Assembly (NCBI GenBank): GCA_020199905.1
Contig: JAIVJS010000075.1
Coordinates: 4,521-68,520, forward strand
DNA: 64,000 nt
From: Acidobacteriota bacterium
Lineage (GTDB): Bacteria > Acidobacteriota > Thermoanaerobaculia > UBA5066 > Gp7-AA6
Direction: 5' to 3'
The notes under the pieces are model-generated. The model was not told the DNA's origin. It saw only the letters and a list, made by a program, of their open reading frames with translations, and did no database searches. The translations under genes were made by a program, and so were the position numbers. This document shows positions 63,440-64,000 of the stretch, piece by piece; positions within the stretch are counted from its first letter, which is position 1; each line of letters begins with the position of its first letter.

Positions 63440-64000
63440 ATGATACGAGCCCTCTTAGCCGTTTGTCTCCTGATCCAAAGCATCGACCCGCCGTCTTCCG
63501 AGAGGTCGAGCTGGCAGGACGTGGATCGGGTGATGGGGCAGGCCGGAAAAGATCAGCCGGGAGGCGTGCACCGTTTCGCCTGGCCCCGGACGGATCTCGC
63601 CGTTCAGATCGACGGCGTTGCGATCGAGCCGGAGCTCGCGCTCGGATCCTGGGGAGCGTTTCAGCGAATGGGCGCAGAGGCCGAGGTCATGGGCGACCTC
63701 GTGCTGACCGGTACCGAGGCCGGCCCCGTCATGGCGGCGCTCGCGGACGGAGGGTTTGAGATCCTCGCCATCCACAATCATCTGATCAACGAGACGCCGC
63801 GCCTGATCTACGTTCACTACGACGGTCGCGGCGACGCGGCGAAGCTCGCGCGCGCTCTCAAGGCGGCGCTCGGCCGGTCCGCCACGCCGCTCGCGCCCCC
63901 GGCCGGAAGCCTCCCCCGCAAGCCGTCAGCCGAGCAGGAGAAGACTCTTTCCATCCTCAGTGAGGCCGTCGGCCGCAAGGGAACGATGGCCGGGCGCGTC
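63440..64000 (+). CDS. DUF1259 (LpqO-like) domain protein, 3' truncated by window edge
   Basis: ATG at 63440, open to the window end (not in the ORF list because there is no stop). Signal MIRALLAVCLLIQS. Motifs DLVLTGTEAGPVMAALADGGFEILAIHNHLINETPRLIYVHY match the duplicated HNHM-type module of DUF1259. Confidence 0.55.
   Translation, partial: MIRALLAVCLLIQSIDPPSSERSSWQDVDRVMGQAGKDQPGGVHRFAWPRTDLAVQIDGVAIEPELALGSWGAFQRMGAEAEVMGDLVLTGTEAGPVMAALADGGFEILAIHNHLINETPRLIYVHYDGRGDAAKLARALKAALGRSATPLAPPAGSLPRKPSAEQEKTLSILSEAVGRKGTMAGRV

Overview
The window is ~70% GC bacterial chromosome; the gene content (many sortilin/BNR giants, GTG/TTG starts, 4-nt ATGA/GTGA start-stop overlaps) suggests Acidobacteriota or Gemmatimonadota, which is inference only. 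About 60 genes are supportable. Housekeeping and metabolic genes include metG, tatD, radC, a tRNA-Asp, GT4 and GT39 glycosyltransferases, and a polyprenyl synthase. There are two paralogous ~1000-aa secreted sortilin/BNR proteins, an RsbW/STAS partner-switching pair, a Ser/Thr kinase-GAF fused to a response regulator, two further histidine kinases, and a LysR regulator. Transport genes are an RND efflux triad, a NitT/TauT ABC transporter and an APC permease. A DUF1611/dipeptide-epimerase pair sits next to a degraded D-aminoacylase. The most striking feature is a ~14 kb run of 14-15 translationally coupled genes (20673-34527). It starts with a XoxF-type PQQ methanol dehydrogenase carrying the lanthanide-associated DYDG signature, followed by xoxJ and a mono-heme cytochrome c. 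These are fused directly to a complete caa3-type cytochrome c oxidase set (ctaC-ctaD-ctaE-subunit IV-ctaG). The run continues into Nramp, two PRC-barrel proteins, a YVTN beta-propeller and a TonB-dependent receptor, then a separately spaced orphan sdhC. This looks like a self-contained methanol-to-O2 respiratory and metal-acquisition module. A second recurring signal is a family of AT-richer, heptamer-periodic, partly palindromic intergenic elements (units TTGAGCG/CGCTCAA and AACTGAN/TCAGTTN) at eight or more gene boundaries, some forming gene N- or C-termini. All calls rest on reading the six-frame translations and the nucleotide sequence by eye. No database searches were run.
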